A stretch of DNA of 64,000 nucleotides from an uncultured Gemmatimonadales bacterium. Lineage in GTDB: Bacteria > Gemmatimonadota > Gemmatimonadetes > Gemmatimonadales > GWC2-71-9. The stretch is taken from the NCBI GenBank assembly GCA_963771275.1, contig CAVYSW010000003.1, positions 1,152,001 through 1,216,000 on the forward strand. Direction: 5' to 3'. A model generated the notes under the pieces. The model made no database searches. It was not told the DNA's origin and was given only the letters and a program-made list of their open reading frames with translations. Below, one piece after another: positions 13,792 to 23,938 of this stretch; position 1 is the stretch's first letter, and each line of letters starts with the position of its first letter. A program made the translations under genes and the position numbers.

Positions 13792-13842
13792 GCGTTCGTT
13801 CCCTGGCCCGCGCGGTGAGCCGCGGCTAACTTCGCGGGCGAC

Positions 13843-15201
13843 ATGAAGACCATCATCGAGCCGTTCCGGATCAAGTCGGTCGAGCCGCTGCGCGTAACCA
13901 CCCACGACGAGCGGGAGCGCATCCTGCGCGATGCGCACTTCAACGTCTTCAACATTCGCGGCCGCGACGTGCTGATCGACCTGCTCACTGACAGTGGCAC
14001 GGGCGCGATGAGCAGCCTGCAGTGGTCGGCGATGATGCGCGGCGACGAGTCATACGCCGGCGCGGAGAGCTTCTTCCGGTTCCGTGACGTGGTACGAGCC
14101 CTGACGGGGTTCGAGCACATTCTGCCGACCCACCAAGGGCGCGCCGCCGAGCGGATCCTGTTCGAGCTGGTCGGCGGGCCGGACAAGGTAGTGCCGAACA
14201 ACAATCACTTCGACACCACGCGCGCCAACGTCGAGCACTCGGGTGCCGAGGCGATCGATCTGCCGATTCCGGAAGCGGCCCATCCCACGACGCGCCATCC
14301 GTTCAAGGGCAACATGGATGTTGCCAAGCTCGAGGACCTCATCGCGCGCGTGGGACGCGATCGCATTCCCCTCGTGATGGTCACGGTCACGAACAACTCC
14401 GCCGGCGGGCAGCCGGTCAGCCTCGAGAACCTCCGGGCCGTGCGGCGGGTGTGCGACCATCACGGCCTGCCGCTGTTCCTCGACGCCTGCCGGTTTGCGG
14501 AGAACGCGTTCTTTATCAAGCGCCGGGAGCCGGGCCAGCAGCAGCGCGCCGTCAAGGACATCGTCCGGGAGATGTTCGGCCTCGCGGACGGCGCCACGAT
14601 CAGCGCGAAGAAGGACGGCCTGGTCAACATCGGGGGGGTGCTGCTGATCCGCGACGAGGCCCTCGCTCAGCGCGCGGACGCGCTCCTCATCCTCACCGAG
14701 GGGTTCGTCACCTACGGCGGGCTCGCGGGGCGCGACCTCGAGGCGATGGCCCAGGGCTTCGAGGAGGTCACCGACGAGGACTACCTCGCCTACCGGATTC
14801 GGTCGACCGAGTACCTTGGCGAGAAGCTGCTGCAGATCGGCTACCAGATCGTCGAGCCGCCCGGCGGCCACGCCATCTACGTGGACGCCGGCCAGCTCTG
14901 CCCGCACATCCAACCCGAGCAGTTTCCCGGACAGGCGCTGGTGTGTGCCCTCTATCGGGAAGCCGGTATTCGCACCGTCGAGGTGGGGAGCGTCATGTTC
15001 GGCGGCAAGGGTCACCGACCGGCGCTGGAGCTGGTGCGCCTCGCTATTCCACGCCGCGTCTACACGCAGAGCCACATCGACTACGTCGCGGAAGCGGCGG
15101 CGCAGGTCTTCGCGCGGCGCGCCGCGCTCAAGGGCCTGCGCATGACGTTCGAGCCGCCGTACCTCCGCCACTTCACGGCCCGGTTCGCGGAGGTGGGTTG
15201 A
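13843..15201 (+). CDS. tnaA: Tryptophanase (beta-eliminating lyase)
   Basis: EPFRIKSVE, DLLTDSGT and SAKKDG (PLP Lys); C-terminal LRHFTA has His as in tryptophanase, not Phe as in tyrosine phenol-lyase. Confidence 0.88.
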   Translation: MKTIIEPFRIKSVEPLRVTTHDERERILRDAHFNVFNIRGRDVLIDLLTDSGTGAMSSLQWSAMMRGDESYAGAESFFRFRDVVRALTGFEHILPTHQGRAAERILFELVGGPDKVVPNNNHFDTTRANVEHSGAEAIDLPIPEAAHPTTRHPFKGNMDVAKLEDLIARVGRDRIPLVMVTVTNNSAGGQPVSLENLRAVRRVCDHHGLPLFLDACRFAENAFFIKRREPGQQQRAVKDIVREMFGLADGATISAKKDGLVNIGGVLLIRDEALAQRADALLILTEGFVTYGGLAGRDLEAMAQGFEEVTDEDYLAYRIRSTEYLGEKLLQIGYQIVEPPGGHAIYVDAGQLCPHIQPEQFPGQALVCALYREAGIRTVEVGSVMFGGKGHRPALELVRLAIPRRVYTQSHIDYVAEAAAQVFARRAALKGLRMTFEPPYLRHFTARFAEVG

Positions 15202-15208
15202 GCGACCG

Positions 15209-15472
15209 ATGGCGACGCTGATCGAGCACGCAACCCATGTGGCCGCCGCGGGCAACAGGCCCAAGAGCATCGAGGAGTTCGTCGGGCGCGCCAACAGCGG
15301 GACGACGGGGGTGAGCATCGCCCGGATGCGCAGCCCGGCGGGATGGCAGGAGCCGGGACCGCGATCGGAATTCGACGAGTACACGCTCGTGCTCGAGGGC
15401 GTGCTTCGGGTCGAGACGGAGGCGGTCTGTCTCCCGGCGTTCTCGCCGGACCCTGTGCACCGCGATCCGTGA
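15209..15472 (+). CDS. Cupin-domain protein, apparently with an internal in-frame deletion
   Basis: AAGNRPKSIEEFVGR...EFDEYTLVLEG joined directly to AVCLPAFSP. Confidence 0.65.
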   Translation: MATLIEHATHVAAAGNRPKSIEEFVGRANSGTTGVSIARMRSPAGWQEPGPRSEFDEYTLVLEGVLRVETEAVCLPAFSPDPVHRDP

Positions 15473-15476
15473 GCCG

Positions 15477-16043
15477 ATGGATCCGGGTCGCGCGTTCCTC
15501 GAGGAAGCACGGCGGTATCTCGGCGTCGAGTACCCGACCAAGATCCGCGCGTGTCTCGCACGCCTGTCGAACGACGACATCTGGTGGCGCCCGAACGAGG
15601 CATCCAACAGCGTCGGGAACCTGCTGCTACACCTGTGCGGCAACATCCGGCAGTGGATCGTGAGCGGCGTAGGTGGCGTGCCGGACGCGCGGCAGCGCCA
15701 GGAGGAATTCGACGAGCGCGGACCCGTTGCCCGGGCCGAGCTGCTGGCGCGGTTCGATGCGACGATCGCCGACGCGGCCCGCGTGCTGACCTCGCTCGGA
15801 GCCGCCGATCTGGCCGCCCCGCGGCGCATCCAGGGGCGGGACACGACGGTGCTCCTGGCGGTGTTCCACGTGGTCGAGCACTTCGCGATGCACACGGGCC
15901 AGATCACGTATCTCACGAAGCAGCGGAGCGGCCAGGACCTCGGCTTCTATCGCGACGCCGGCGGGCTGGCCATCCCCGCCTGGCAGGAACCCCCGCCGCA
16001 CGACCCGACCGGCGGGAGTGGTAATCGCGCGCGATCACGATAG
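15477..16043 (+). CDS. DinB/DUF1572 family protein
   Basis: WWRPNEASNSVGNLLLHLCGN and HFAMHTGQI motifs. Confidence 0.85.
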   Translation: MDPGRAFLEEARRYLGVEYPTKIRACLARLSNDDIWWRPNEASNSVGNLLLHLCGNIRQWIVSGVGGVPDARQRQEEFDERGPVARAELLARFDATIADAARVLTSLGAADLAAPRRIQGRDTTVLLAVFHVVEHFAMHTGQITYLTKQRSGQDLGFYRDAGGLAIPAWQEPPPHDPTGGSGNRARSR

Positions 16044-16126
16044 ACTTCGAGACCGGTTCCAGGACCCAGCGTTCCCTGCCGCCGGCTGGCGTCGTCAGCC
16101 ACGCATCCGCATGCCGAGGGTGATCC

Positions 16127-17089
16127 ATGTTGAACGAGGCGATCGTTGAAGTACAGGCAGTGACCAAGCGGTTTGCCGGTCACACCGCGGTGCGCGGCTT
16201 GTCGCTCACCATCCCGCGGGGGGCCATCTACGGCCTGCTCGGCCCGAACGGGGCGGGAAAGACCACGACGATCCGGATGATCATGAGCATCATCCTCCCG
16301 GACGAGGGACGGATCGCGTTGTTCGGAGGCCGCGGCAGCGGGAAGGACCTGAGCCACCGGATCGGTTACCTGCCCGAAGAGCGTGGGCTCTACAAGAAGA
16401 TGCGGGTGCTCGACCTGCTGGTCTTCCTGGCCGAGATCAAGGGGGTGCCCCGGTCCCAGGCGCGGGCGAATGCGGTGGACTGGCTGGGCCGGATGGGCCT
16501 GGCCGATTGGGCAGCCAAGAAGGCCGATGATCTCTCCAAGGGCATGCAGCAGAAGGTCCAGTTCATCGGCACCGTCCTGCACAAGCCGACCCTGCTGATT
16601 CTCGATGAGCCGTTCGCCGGGCTCGATCCGGTGAACGCGCAGGTCATGAAAGACACCGTGGTGGATCTGGCGCGTGCCGGAAGCACGGTGCTGTTCTCGA
16701 CGCACATCATGGAGCAGGCTGAAAAGCTCTGTGACGCGGTCTGCATCATCGCGCGCGGCGAGAAGGTCGTGGACGGTCCGCTGGCTGAGGTGAAGCGTCG
16801 GCACGGAGGGTCCCACCTCATTGTCGCGGTCGAGCGCGGCGGCCCCGCGGTGCAACGGGTGTTCGAGGACCGCTCGCTGGTTGCCAAGGCGGACGACTAC
16901 GGGAACTATGCGGAGCTCGAGTTGGCATCGGGCGCCGACCCCCAGCGACTGTTGCGGGAGCTGGTCCGTGTTGAGGCCTCCGTGACGCGCTTCGAGATCG
17001 CGGAGCCCACGCTCCACAAGATCTTCATCGATTTGGTGGGTCCCGAGGCGGCGGCGCCGCACGCGGTCGAGGAGAAGGTCCATGCGTAA
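16127..17089 (+). CDS. ABC transporter ATP-binding protein (NatA/YhaQ-like)
   Basis: GPNGAGKTT, LSKGMQQK and LDEPF motifs. Confidence 0.92.
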   Translation: MLNEAIVEVQAVTKRFAGHTAVRGLSLTIPRGAIYGLLGPNGAGKTTTIRMIMSIILPDEGRIALFGGRGSGKDLSHRIGYLPEERGLYKKMRVLDLLVFLAEIKGVPRSQARANAVDWLGRMGLADWAAKKADDLSKGMQQKVQFIGTVLHKPTLLILDEPFAGLDPVNAQVMKDTVVDLARAGSTVLFSTHIMEQAEKLCDAVCIIARGEKVVDGPLAEVKRRHGGSHLIVAVERGGPAVQRVFEDRSLVAKADDYGNYAELELASGADPQRLLRELVRVEASVTRFEIAEPTLHKIFIDLVGPEAAAPHAVEEKVHA

Positions 17090-18359
17090 GATCTGGGTGG
17101 TCATCCGGCGGGAGTTCATCGAGCGGGTTCGCACCAAGTGGTTCATCATCGGGACAGTGCTGGGCCCGGTGCTCATGTTCGGCGTCATCGCCCTGCCGAT
17201 CCTGATGGCGGAGAAGGGTGCGCGGGTCCGCAAGGTCGTCGTGGTGGACGCCACGACCACCGGCTTCGGTGATCGGCTGAGCGGGATGCTGGGCCAGAGT
17301 GGCTCCGTCGAGGCCACGCGACTGCTGGTCGACGCTGCCGATCTCGAGCGCGCCGCGGATTCGCTGGCCGGGCAGGTGGGACAGGGGCTGGACGGCATCC
17401 TGCTCGTGTCGGACGCGGTCGTGGACGATGGGCGGGCGGAGTACCGTGGGTCGAACGTCACGTCGCCGGCCGACATGCGCATCCTGCAGGTCACCCTGCG
17501 TGGGGCGGTGTTCAGTGAGCGGCTGCGCCGCGAAGGCGTGGAGCCCGGCGTCGTCTCCCGGGCCCAGATCCCGGTCGACCTCGCGACGGTGAATATCCGG
17601 CACGGCAAGGTGACGGGGGAATCCGGGCAGGCGTCCTTCTTCCTGGCGTACGTGATGTGGTTCCTGCTGTACATGGCGATCCTGCTGTACGGCGTTCAGG
17701 TAATGGGCTCGGTGGTCGAGGAGAAGACGTCGCGGGTGGTGGAGGTGCTGGTCTCGAGCCTCAAGCCGTTCCACCTGCTCGCCGGCAAGGTGATTGGGGT
17801 GGGGGCCGTCGGCCTGCTACAGATGGGGATCTGGGTGGGGTTCGGAAAGCTGGCGCTGGACCGACGCGCCGAGCTGGCGGGGCTCTTGGGACAGGGGAGT
17901 GAGGCTACGGCCGCGCTGTCCGGTATGCCGTTCCCGGAGGTCCCCCTCGCGACGGTCGTGATCTTCCTGTCGTACTTCCTGCTTGGCTTCTTCCTCTATG
18001 CGGCGATGTTCGCCGCCGTGGCCGCCATGGTCAACAGCGAGTCCGAGGCGCGGCAGGCCCAGACGCCCGTCGTCATGCTGCTCGTGATTCCCACCGTCAT
18101 GATGATCGGGATTCTGAACAACCCGGACGGCTCAATGGCCCTGGCGCTCTCGATGATCCCGTTCACATCCCCCATCGCGATGCCCGTGCGTTGGGCGGCG
18201 GCGGGCGTTCCCGGGGTGCAGGTGCTCGGATCCGTCGCCATTCTGGCGGCGACGGTTCTCGCGATCACGTGGGTCGCGGCCCGGGTCTACCGGGTGGGCA
18301 TCCTGATGTATGGCAAGAAGCCGGGGATCCGTGAGCTCGTGAGGTGGGTCCGCGGGTAG
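17082..18359 (+). CDS. ABC-2 type permease (NatB/YhaP-like)
   Basis: EEKTSRVVEVL, GKVIG and PFTSP motifs; 1+5 TM layout. Confidence 0.9.
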   Translation: MRKIWVVIRREFIERVRTKWFIIGTVLGPVLMFGVIALPILMAEKGARVRKVVVVDATTTGFGDRLSGMLGQSGSVEATRLLVDAADLERAADSLAGQVGQGLDGILLVSDAVVDDGRAEYRGSNVTSPADMRILQVTLRGAVFSERLRREGVEPGVVSRAQIPVDLATVNIRHGKVTGESGQASFFLAYVMWFLLYMAILLYGVQVMGSVVEEKTSRVVEVLVSSLKPFHLLAGKVIGVGAVGLLQMGIWVGFGKLALDRRAELAGLLGQGSEATAALSGMPFPEVPLATVVIFLSYFLLGFFLYAAMFAAVAAMVNSESEARQAQTPVVMLLVIPTVMMIGILNNPDGSMALALSMIPFTSPIAMPVRWAAAGVPGVQVLGSVAILAATVLAITWVAARVYRVGILMYGKKPGIRELVRWVRG

Positions 18360-18464
18360 CCGCCCGGTTCAGGTGGCGACCCGCCGCCCACCCGGAGGTT
18401 CGCCGTGGGTGCCTGGGGTTGCGCGCGGCCCAGCCCGCACGCGTTCTGCTACATTCCAGCCTCC

Positions 18465-20336
18465 ATGTCCTCGTACGACCTGATCGTGATCGGCGGCGGC
18501 CACGCGGGGTGTGAAGCCGCCACGGCGGCGGCGCGTCTCGGGGCCCACGTGCTGCTGCTCACGTCCAACCTCGAGACGATCGGCCAGATGTCGTGTAACC
18601 CGGCGATTGGCGGAATCGCCAAGGGGACCGTGGCGCGCGAGGTGGATGCGCTGGGGGGCGTCATGGGCCGGGCGGCGGATCAGGCCGCGATCCAGTTCCG
18701 GATGCTCAACCGATCGAAGGGCCCGGCGGTATGGGCGCCGCGCGCTCAGTGCGACCGCGCCCTGTACCGCGCCGCGGTGCGCCGTGAGCTGGAACGCCAT
18801 CCCACGCTGGAGTTGTACCAGGCGACGGCTGCGGCGCTGCTGCTCGACGGCGAACGCGTCGTCGGCGTGCGGACGACGATGGGGGCGGAAATCCGAACCC
18901 GGGCCGTCGTGCTGACGGCCGGGACGTTCCTCCGGGGTCGCATCCACGTCGGCATCGCAACGCGGGTCTCGGCCGGCCGGGCGGGAGACCCGGCGGCGCT
19001 CGATTTGGCCGAGCAGCTCGAAGCACTGGGCCTCACCGTCGAGCGCTTCAAGACCGGTACGCCGCCGCGCGTGGATGGGCGATCGGTGGAGCTCGATCGG
19101 CTCGAGCGTCAGGATGGGGAGCCCGACGGGTTCCGGTTCTCCCACTTCGTGTCCCATCCGAGACCAGAGCGCCGGCCATGCTGGATCACGTGGGCGGGCG
19201 CTGAGGTGAAGGAGATCATCCGACAGCACCTTCACGAGTCGGCGCTCTACGGCGGCGCAATCGCGGGTCGTGGCCCGCGCTACTGCCCTTCTGTCGAGGA
19301 CAAGATCGTCAAATTCCCCGACGCGGAGCGCCATCAGATCTTCCTTGAGCCCGAGGGACTCTACACGACCGAGCTGTACGTGAATGGGCTGTCCACCTCC
19401 CTGCCGGCGGAGGTCCAGCAGCAGTTCCTCCACGCCGTCCCGGGGCTGGAGCGCGCGCGCATGACGCGCGCGGGCTATGCGATCGAGTACGACTACTACC
19501 CGCCGCAGCAGCTCACACCGTGGCTCGAGACCAAGGCCATCGAGTACCTGTTCTTCGCCGGACAGATCAACGGCACGACCGGTTACGAGGAAGCCGCGGG
19601 CCAGGGAGTGATGGCCGGGATCAACGCGGTGCGGCGGGCCCGCGGCGACGAGCCGGTTACCCTGGGGCGCGAGGCCGCCTACGTCGGCGTGTTGATCGAC
19701 GATCTGGTAACCCGGGGCGTCGACGAGCCCTACCGACTGTTCACGTCACGGGCGGAGTTTCGGCTCATGCTGCGGCAGGACAACGCGCTGAAGCGGTTGG
19801 GGCCGCTAGCCGTCGAGATCGGGCTGCTGAGCGAGCGGGAGCGGGCTGAGCTGGATCGTCGCGTCGAGCAGGAGACTCTGCTGGTGGACCTCGCGCATAC
19901 GACGGTGCTCAAGCCGGTGCGCGCGAACGCGCTCCTCGCGGCAGTCGGAGAAACGCCGATCGCGGTGAGCCAGCGCGTGGCAGACCTGGCGCGGCGGCCG
20001 CGCACGTCGCTGCGTGAGTTGCTGAGGGAATCCGACGCGAATCTCCCGGATGTCTCGAACGAGAGCTGGTTGTCTGCCGAGATGGAGATCAAGTACGCGG
20101 GGTACCTCGAACGGGAGCGCGAGGCAGCAGGCCGCCTCGCTGAACTGACCGGGTTCCGACTGCCGCATGACACGCCGTACCACGACCTCCGTAGCCTGAG
20201 CACTGAAGCGCGACAAAAGCTCGACCGAGTACGCCCCGAGTCGCTGGCACAGGCAGCGCGCATCCCTGGCGTGAGCCCGAGCGACCTGCAGAACCTCGTC
20301 TTTGAAGTCATCAAGCGGCGTTCTGTTGTAGCGTGA
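18465..20336 (+). CDS. mnmG: tRNA uridine-5-carboxymethylaminomethyl(34) synthesis enzyme MnmG
   Basis: GGGHAG, MSCNPAIGG, GPRYCPSVEDK and GQINGTTGYEEA motifs. Confidence 0.97.
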   Translation: MSSYDLIVIGGGHAGCEAATAAARLGAHVLLLTSNLETIGQMSCNPAIGGIAKGTVAREVDALGGVMGRAADQAAIQFRMLNRSKGPAVWAPRAQCDRALYRAAVRRELERHPTLELYQATAAALLLDGERVVGVRTTMGAEIRTRAVVLTAGTFLRGRIHVGIATRVSAGRAGDPAALDLAEQLEALGLTVERFKTGTPPRVDGRSVELDRLERQDGEPDGFRFSHFVSHPRPERRPCWITWAGAEVKEIIRQHLHESALYGGAIAGRGPRYCPSVEDKIVKFPDAERHQIFLEPEGLYTTELYVNGLSTSLPAEVQQQFLHAVPGLERARMTRAGYAIEYDYYPPQQLTPWLETKAIEYLFFAGQINGTTGYEEAAGQGVMAGINAVRRARGDEPVTLGREAAYVGVLIDDLVTRGVDEPYRLFTSRAEFRLMLRQDNALKRLGPLAVEIGLLSERERAELDRRVEQETLLVDLAHTTVLKPVRANALLAAVGETPIAVSQRVADLARRPRTSLRELLRESDANLPDVSNESWLSAEMEIKYAGYLEREREAAGRLAELTGFRLPHDTPYHDLRSLSTEARQKLDRVRPESLAQAARIPGVSPSDLQNLVFEVIKRRSVVA

Positions 20337-20386
20337 TTGCATAAGATGTTTTGCGGCAATTGTTTATGCTTGATTCATGTACCGGC

Positions 20387-20402
20387 TGTTTCACGTGAAA
20401 CA
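20387..20402. promoter_or_regulatory. parS centromere site 1
   Basis: Perfect palindrome TGTTTCACGTGAAACA, the canonical chromosomal parS. Confidence 0.92.
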
Positions 20403-20894
20403 CAGACAGGTGCTGCCCCACCCACCCCCCCAACCGCCTCAGGTGTGCCAGTCGGCCAAGCCACCACACGTCCGTGAGGCCAATCGCGGACGTGGCTCCT
20501 CCCGCCCCGGGAAGGATCTCCGCGGAGTAGCATCGACCGTTCGTTGCCGAGGAGCTTCACCCGACGCCAGTGATCGACCGACAGCGCCTGGCGTCCACGG
20601 CTCGGCGCCGCTCAGTGGAGTCCGTTGTCCGGCGGGTTGGAGCTGCTGCCGGATGGCGAACTGACAGCTCCTCCGTTCTCGGCTTGGCCCCCGTGGGAAC
20701 TTCAGGTTGTCCGCCTGATCGTCCACCACTCCGAGTGCGCTCCTTCGAACCGGCGGCTCGGAAAACTGACTGACTGGCTCGCGATCAGGATCCCGGTAGC
20801 GGTGCACCGAGGTTGGCGCCCGATACTGGTAGCGCCCCGGTCCGTCGGCTCGATCGAGGTGGGGAGCCAGTCCACTCGCCGGCCGCGTCGGGAT

Positions 20895-20910
20895 CGTTTC
20901 ACGTGAAACA
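20895..20910. promoter_or_regulatory. parS centromere site 2
   Basis: CGTTTCACGTGAAACA, upstream of parA. Confidence 0.9.
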
Positions 20911-21025
20911 ATCGTCGGTGCTCGCTTTACGCGATCCGCCGGCGTCTGTATATTGGGGGCCTGCCGCGCTGCGGACCTGTCGGCGGCTGCATTGCATAAA
21001 ATATTATCACATAGCGACTTAAATC

Positions 21026-21838
21026 ATGGGTCGAGTCATTGCGATTGCGAACCAGAAGGGCGGCGTCGGGAAAACCACGACCGCCGTGAACCTGGCCGCA
21101 TCGCTGGCGGCGGCAGAGCGGCGGACGCTGTTGGTTGACGGCGATCCCCAGGCTAACGCAACCAGTGGGATCGGCATCGACCGGCTCATGTTGCGCGCCT
21201 CCCTGTACGAGGCGCTGATTGGCGATGCCGCGATCAGTCAAGTCGTGCGGCGCGAGGTGAACTTCCCGCTGCTCGACGTCGTGCCGGCGACGCCGGACCT
21301 CGTGGGGGCGGAAATCGAGCTCGTCTCGCGTCGCGGACGCGAGTCCGTCATGCGACGGGCCCTGCAGCCCGTTCGCGACGACTACCACTTCGTCCTGATC
21401 GATTGCCCGCCTTCGCTGGGGCTGATCACGCTGAACATGTTGGCGGCCGCCGACGCGGTGCTCATTCCGATTCAGTGCGAGTACTACGCGCTCGAGGGCC
21501 TCTCGCAGCTGCTCAATACCATCAAGCTGGTCCAGCAGAACTTCAATCCGGGGCTCGCGATAGACGGCGTGCTCCTGACCATGTTCGACAGCCGCCTCAA
21601 TCTCTCGCGCCAGGTGGCATCCGAAGCACAGGAGTATTTCGGCAACAAGGTCTTCCGGACCGTGATTCCACGGAACGTGCGCTTGGCGGAGGCTCCCAGT
21701 TTTGGCAAGCCGATTCTGATGTACGACGTGCAGTCGGTCGGAGCCAAGTGCTATCTCGCCCTCGCCCAGGAGCTGATTCGCCGGCTCGAGACCGCCGCGG
21801 TGCCGTCGGGCTCGGCGCGGGGAGCGCTCGGCGCATGA
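21026..21838 (+). CDS. parA: Chromosome partitioning ATPase ParA/Soj
   Basis: [17 protein letters not shown] and [12 protein letters not shown] motifs. Confidence 0.97.
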   Translation: MGRVIAIANQKGGVGKTTTAVNLAASLAAAERRTLLVDGDPQANATSGIGIDRLMLRASLYEALIGDAAISQVVRREVNFPLLDVVPATPDLVGAEIELVSRRGRESVMRRALQPVRDDYHFVLIDCPPSLGLITLNMLAAADAVLIPIQCEYYALEGLSQLLNTIKLVQQNFNPGLAIDGVLLTMFDSRLNLSRQVASEAQEYFGNKVFRTVIPRNVRLAEAPSFGKPILMYDVQSVGAKCYLALAQELIRRLETAAVPSGSARGALGA

Positions 21839-22728
21839 CCGAGCGGGTCACGACGCGACGGCGGTTGGGGCGTGGTCTCGAAGCCCTGCTCGGGCCGGCT
21901 TCGCTCGCCGAGGCACAGGCGCAGGGCGCGCTCGTCCAGCTTCCGGTCGACCGGGTCCGTCCCAACCCGTACCAGCCTCGGCGGGCGATCGATCAGGACG
22001 CGCTCTCCGAGCTCGCGTCGTCCATGGAGCGCGCCGGTCTGCTCCAGCCCATCGTCGTGCGGAAGGCGGAAGGCGATGGCTATGAACTGATCGCCGGCGA
22101 ACGACGACTGCGTGCGGCCGAGCGACTCGGATGGACCGAGATCCCCGCGGTTGTGCACGACGTCGACGACCGCACGCTGTTGACGCTGGCGCTCGTCGAG
22201 AATCTGCAGCGCGACGCCCTTTCGCCGGTCGATGAGGCGTTGGGTTACCAGCGACTGGTGAACGAGTTTGGCGCGTCGCACGCCGAGGTGGCCGACCTCG
22301 TGGGGCGGAGTCGACCCGTCGTCGCCAACGCGCTGCGTCTGCTCAAGCTGCCCGACGAAGTTCAGGACCTGTTGCACCGTGGAGAGTTGAGCACAGGCCA
22401 TGCCCGGGCGCTGCTCCAGTTTGCCGAACCGTCGAAAATCGTGACTTTCGCGCGCAGCGCGGTGGCGGACGGCTTGTCGGTGCGGGAGCTCGAGGCACTC
22501 GGCCGCGGTGAGCGGCCACCGGCCCGTCGGCCCCGGGCAGGCAAAGGGCGGGTGCGGAAGCTGGATCCCGATGTCCGGCGGCTGGAGGACGTGCTGCGCC
22601 GCCACCTCAAAACGGACGTCTTCGTGGTTCGGCGGGGCAAGGGCGGGCGTATCACGGTCAACTTCTACTCCAATGACGATCTCGCTCGGCTCCTCGAGCT
22701 GATCTTGGGTCGGCCCTACGACGGATGA
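21835..22728 (+). CDS. parB: Chromosome partitioning protein ParB/Spo0J
   Basis: [19 protein letters not shown] and ENLQR motifs, HTH; ATGA overlap with parA. Confidence 0.97.
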   Translation: MTERVTTRRRLGRGLEALLGPASLAEAQAQGALVQLPVDRVRPNPYQPRRAIDQDALSELASSMERAGLLQPIVVRKAEGDGYELIAGERRLRAAERLGWTEIPAVVHDVDDRTLLTLALVENLQRDALSPVDEALGYQRLVNEFGASHAEVADLVGRSRPVVANALRLLKLPDEVQDLLHRGELSTGHARALLQFAEPSKIVTFARSAVADGLSVRELEALGRGERPPARRPRAGKGRVRKLDPDVRRLEDVLRRHLKTDVFVVRRGKGGRITVNFYSNDDLARLLELILGRPYDG

Positions 22729-23516
22729 GTACACAGCGCGGCGTCACCGTGCTGATTCACCGGGACGGGGATCTGGGGTCCCGGTCGTTCCGCGTTCCGC
22801 TGTGGGTCGCGCGCACGGTTCTGCTCACGCTGGCGGCGGCGTGCGTGATCGCGATCGTCGTGGGCGTCCTCTACGCGCCCATCGTGCGGACCGCCGCGAC
22901 GGTACCGGGGCTCAAGCGTCGGATCACGCACCTCGAGGCGGAGAACGCGCAGGTGCAGGAGCTGGCACGCTCCCTGGCGGCGGCGGAACAGCGCTACGAC
23001 CAGATTCGAGGAATGCTCGGCGGGGACATCGTGCCCGCCGTGCCGGATGAGCAGGCCGATCGACTGCCCGCTGCGCTGCCGATCCAGGCACAGCCTCCCA
23101 TGGCCGCGGCGCGCTACGAGTCGGGGCCATCGATTCCCTCGCACTGGCCGCTGGATGTTCGGGGCGTTGTGACGCGCGGGCAGGTGAGTCCCGGCGTGCA
23201 GGACGAGACTCACCCGGGGATCGACATCGCAGTCCCCACGGGCACGCCGATACGTGCCGCCGGAGGCGGGGTGATTTCGGAAACGGGGGACGACCCCGAG
23301 TATGGCCGGTTCGTGGTGTTGGACCACCCGGACGGCTATCAGTCCCTGTATGGTCATGCGTCACGGTTGTTGGTGGCGGTGGGAGCCAACGTGAGTGCCG
23401 GTGAGGTCATTGCGCTCTCGGGGTCCACCGGGCGGTCCACCGGGCCGCACCTCCATTTCGAGATTCGCGTCGGCGGTCGCGCGGTCGATCCCCGCACCGT
23501 CGTCAAGGAGGAGTGA
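22725..23516 (+). CDS. M23 family metallopeptidase (TM + coiled coil + M23)
   Basis: HPGID and GRSTGPHLHFE motifs. Confidence 0.92.
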   Translation: MSTQRGVTVLIHRDGDLGSRSFRVPLWVARTVLLTLAAACVIAIVVGVLYAPIVRTAATVPGLKRRITHLEAENAQVQELARSLAAAEQRYDQIRGMLGGDIVPAVPDEQADRLPAALPIQAQPPMAAARYESGPSIPSHWPLDVRGVVTRGQVSPGVQDETHPGIDIAVPTGTPIRAAGGGVISETGDDPEYGRFVVLDHPDGYQSLYGHASRLLVAVGANVSAGEVIALSGSTGRSTGPHLHFEIRVGGRAVDPRTVVKEE

Positions 23517-23518
23517 AC

Positions 23519-23938
23519 ATGGCGTTCGGTTCCGACCGTACGGATTCGCGGGACGCCCCCGGCAGAGCTGGTGCCCGTGGTGAGGCAGCCCTGACAATCG
23601 TGGCGACCGGCACCCGGCTGGTCGGCGACGTCGAGTCGGACGGGGTCGTCAAGGTAGAGGGCGAGGTCGCTGGCACGATCCGCGCCGAGCGGCAGGTCCT
23701 GGTGGCGCGGGGCGGCGTCATCCGGGGGGACATCGTTACCGCTGAAGCCGTCCTGGGAGGCGAGGTGCAGGGTGGCGTCACCGCCTCGGAGCGGGTGGAA
23801 GTGCAGACGGGCGCGGTCGTCCATGGGGACATCACGGCCCCGCGCCTCATCGTGCAGGAGGGGGGGGAGGTCAACGGCATCGTGAAGATGGGTGCAGATC
23901 AGCCGAACGCACCCCCAGGCGATCAGGATTCCACATGA
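23519..23938 (+). CDS. Bactofilin (polymer-forming cytoskeletal protein)
   Basis: Beta-helix repeats TIVATGTRLVGDV...VEGEVAGTI...GAVVHGDI...EGGEVNG. Confidence 0.9.
   Translation: MAFGSDRTDSRDAPGRAGARGEAALTIVATGTRLVGDVESDGVVKVEGEVAGTIRAERQVLVARGGVIRGDIVTAEAVLGGEVQGGVTASERVEVQTGAVVHGDITAPRLIVQEGGEVNGIVKMGADQPNAPPGDQDST

Noticed and set aside
15862..15877. parS-like TGTTCCACGTGGTCGA inside the dinB gene
   Set aside because: Right arm mismatched; explained by codons for VFHVVE
20377..21022. Short ORFs and local hairpins (e.g. 20467-20494) between the parS sites
   Set aside because: No SD, motifs or coding bias; isolated GC hairpins are expected by chance and match no RNA family I recognise
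20337..21025. oriC in the mnmG-parA gap
   Set aside because: No TTATCCACA DnaA-box cluster or extended unwinding element seen; only parS sites
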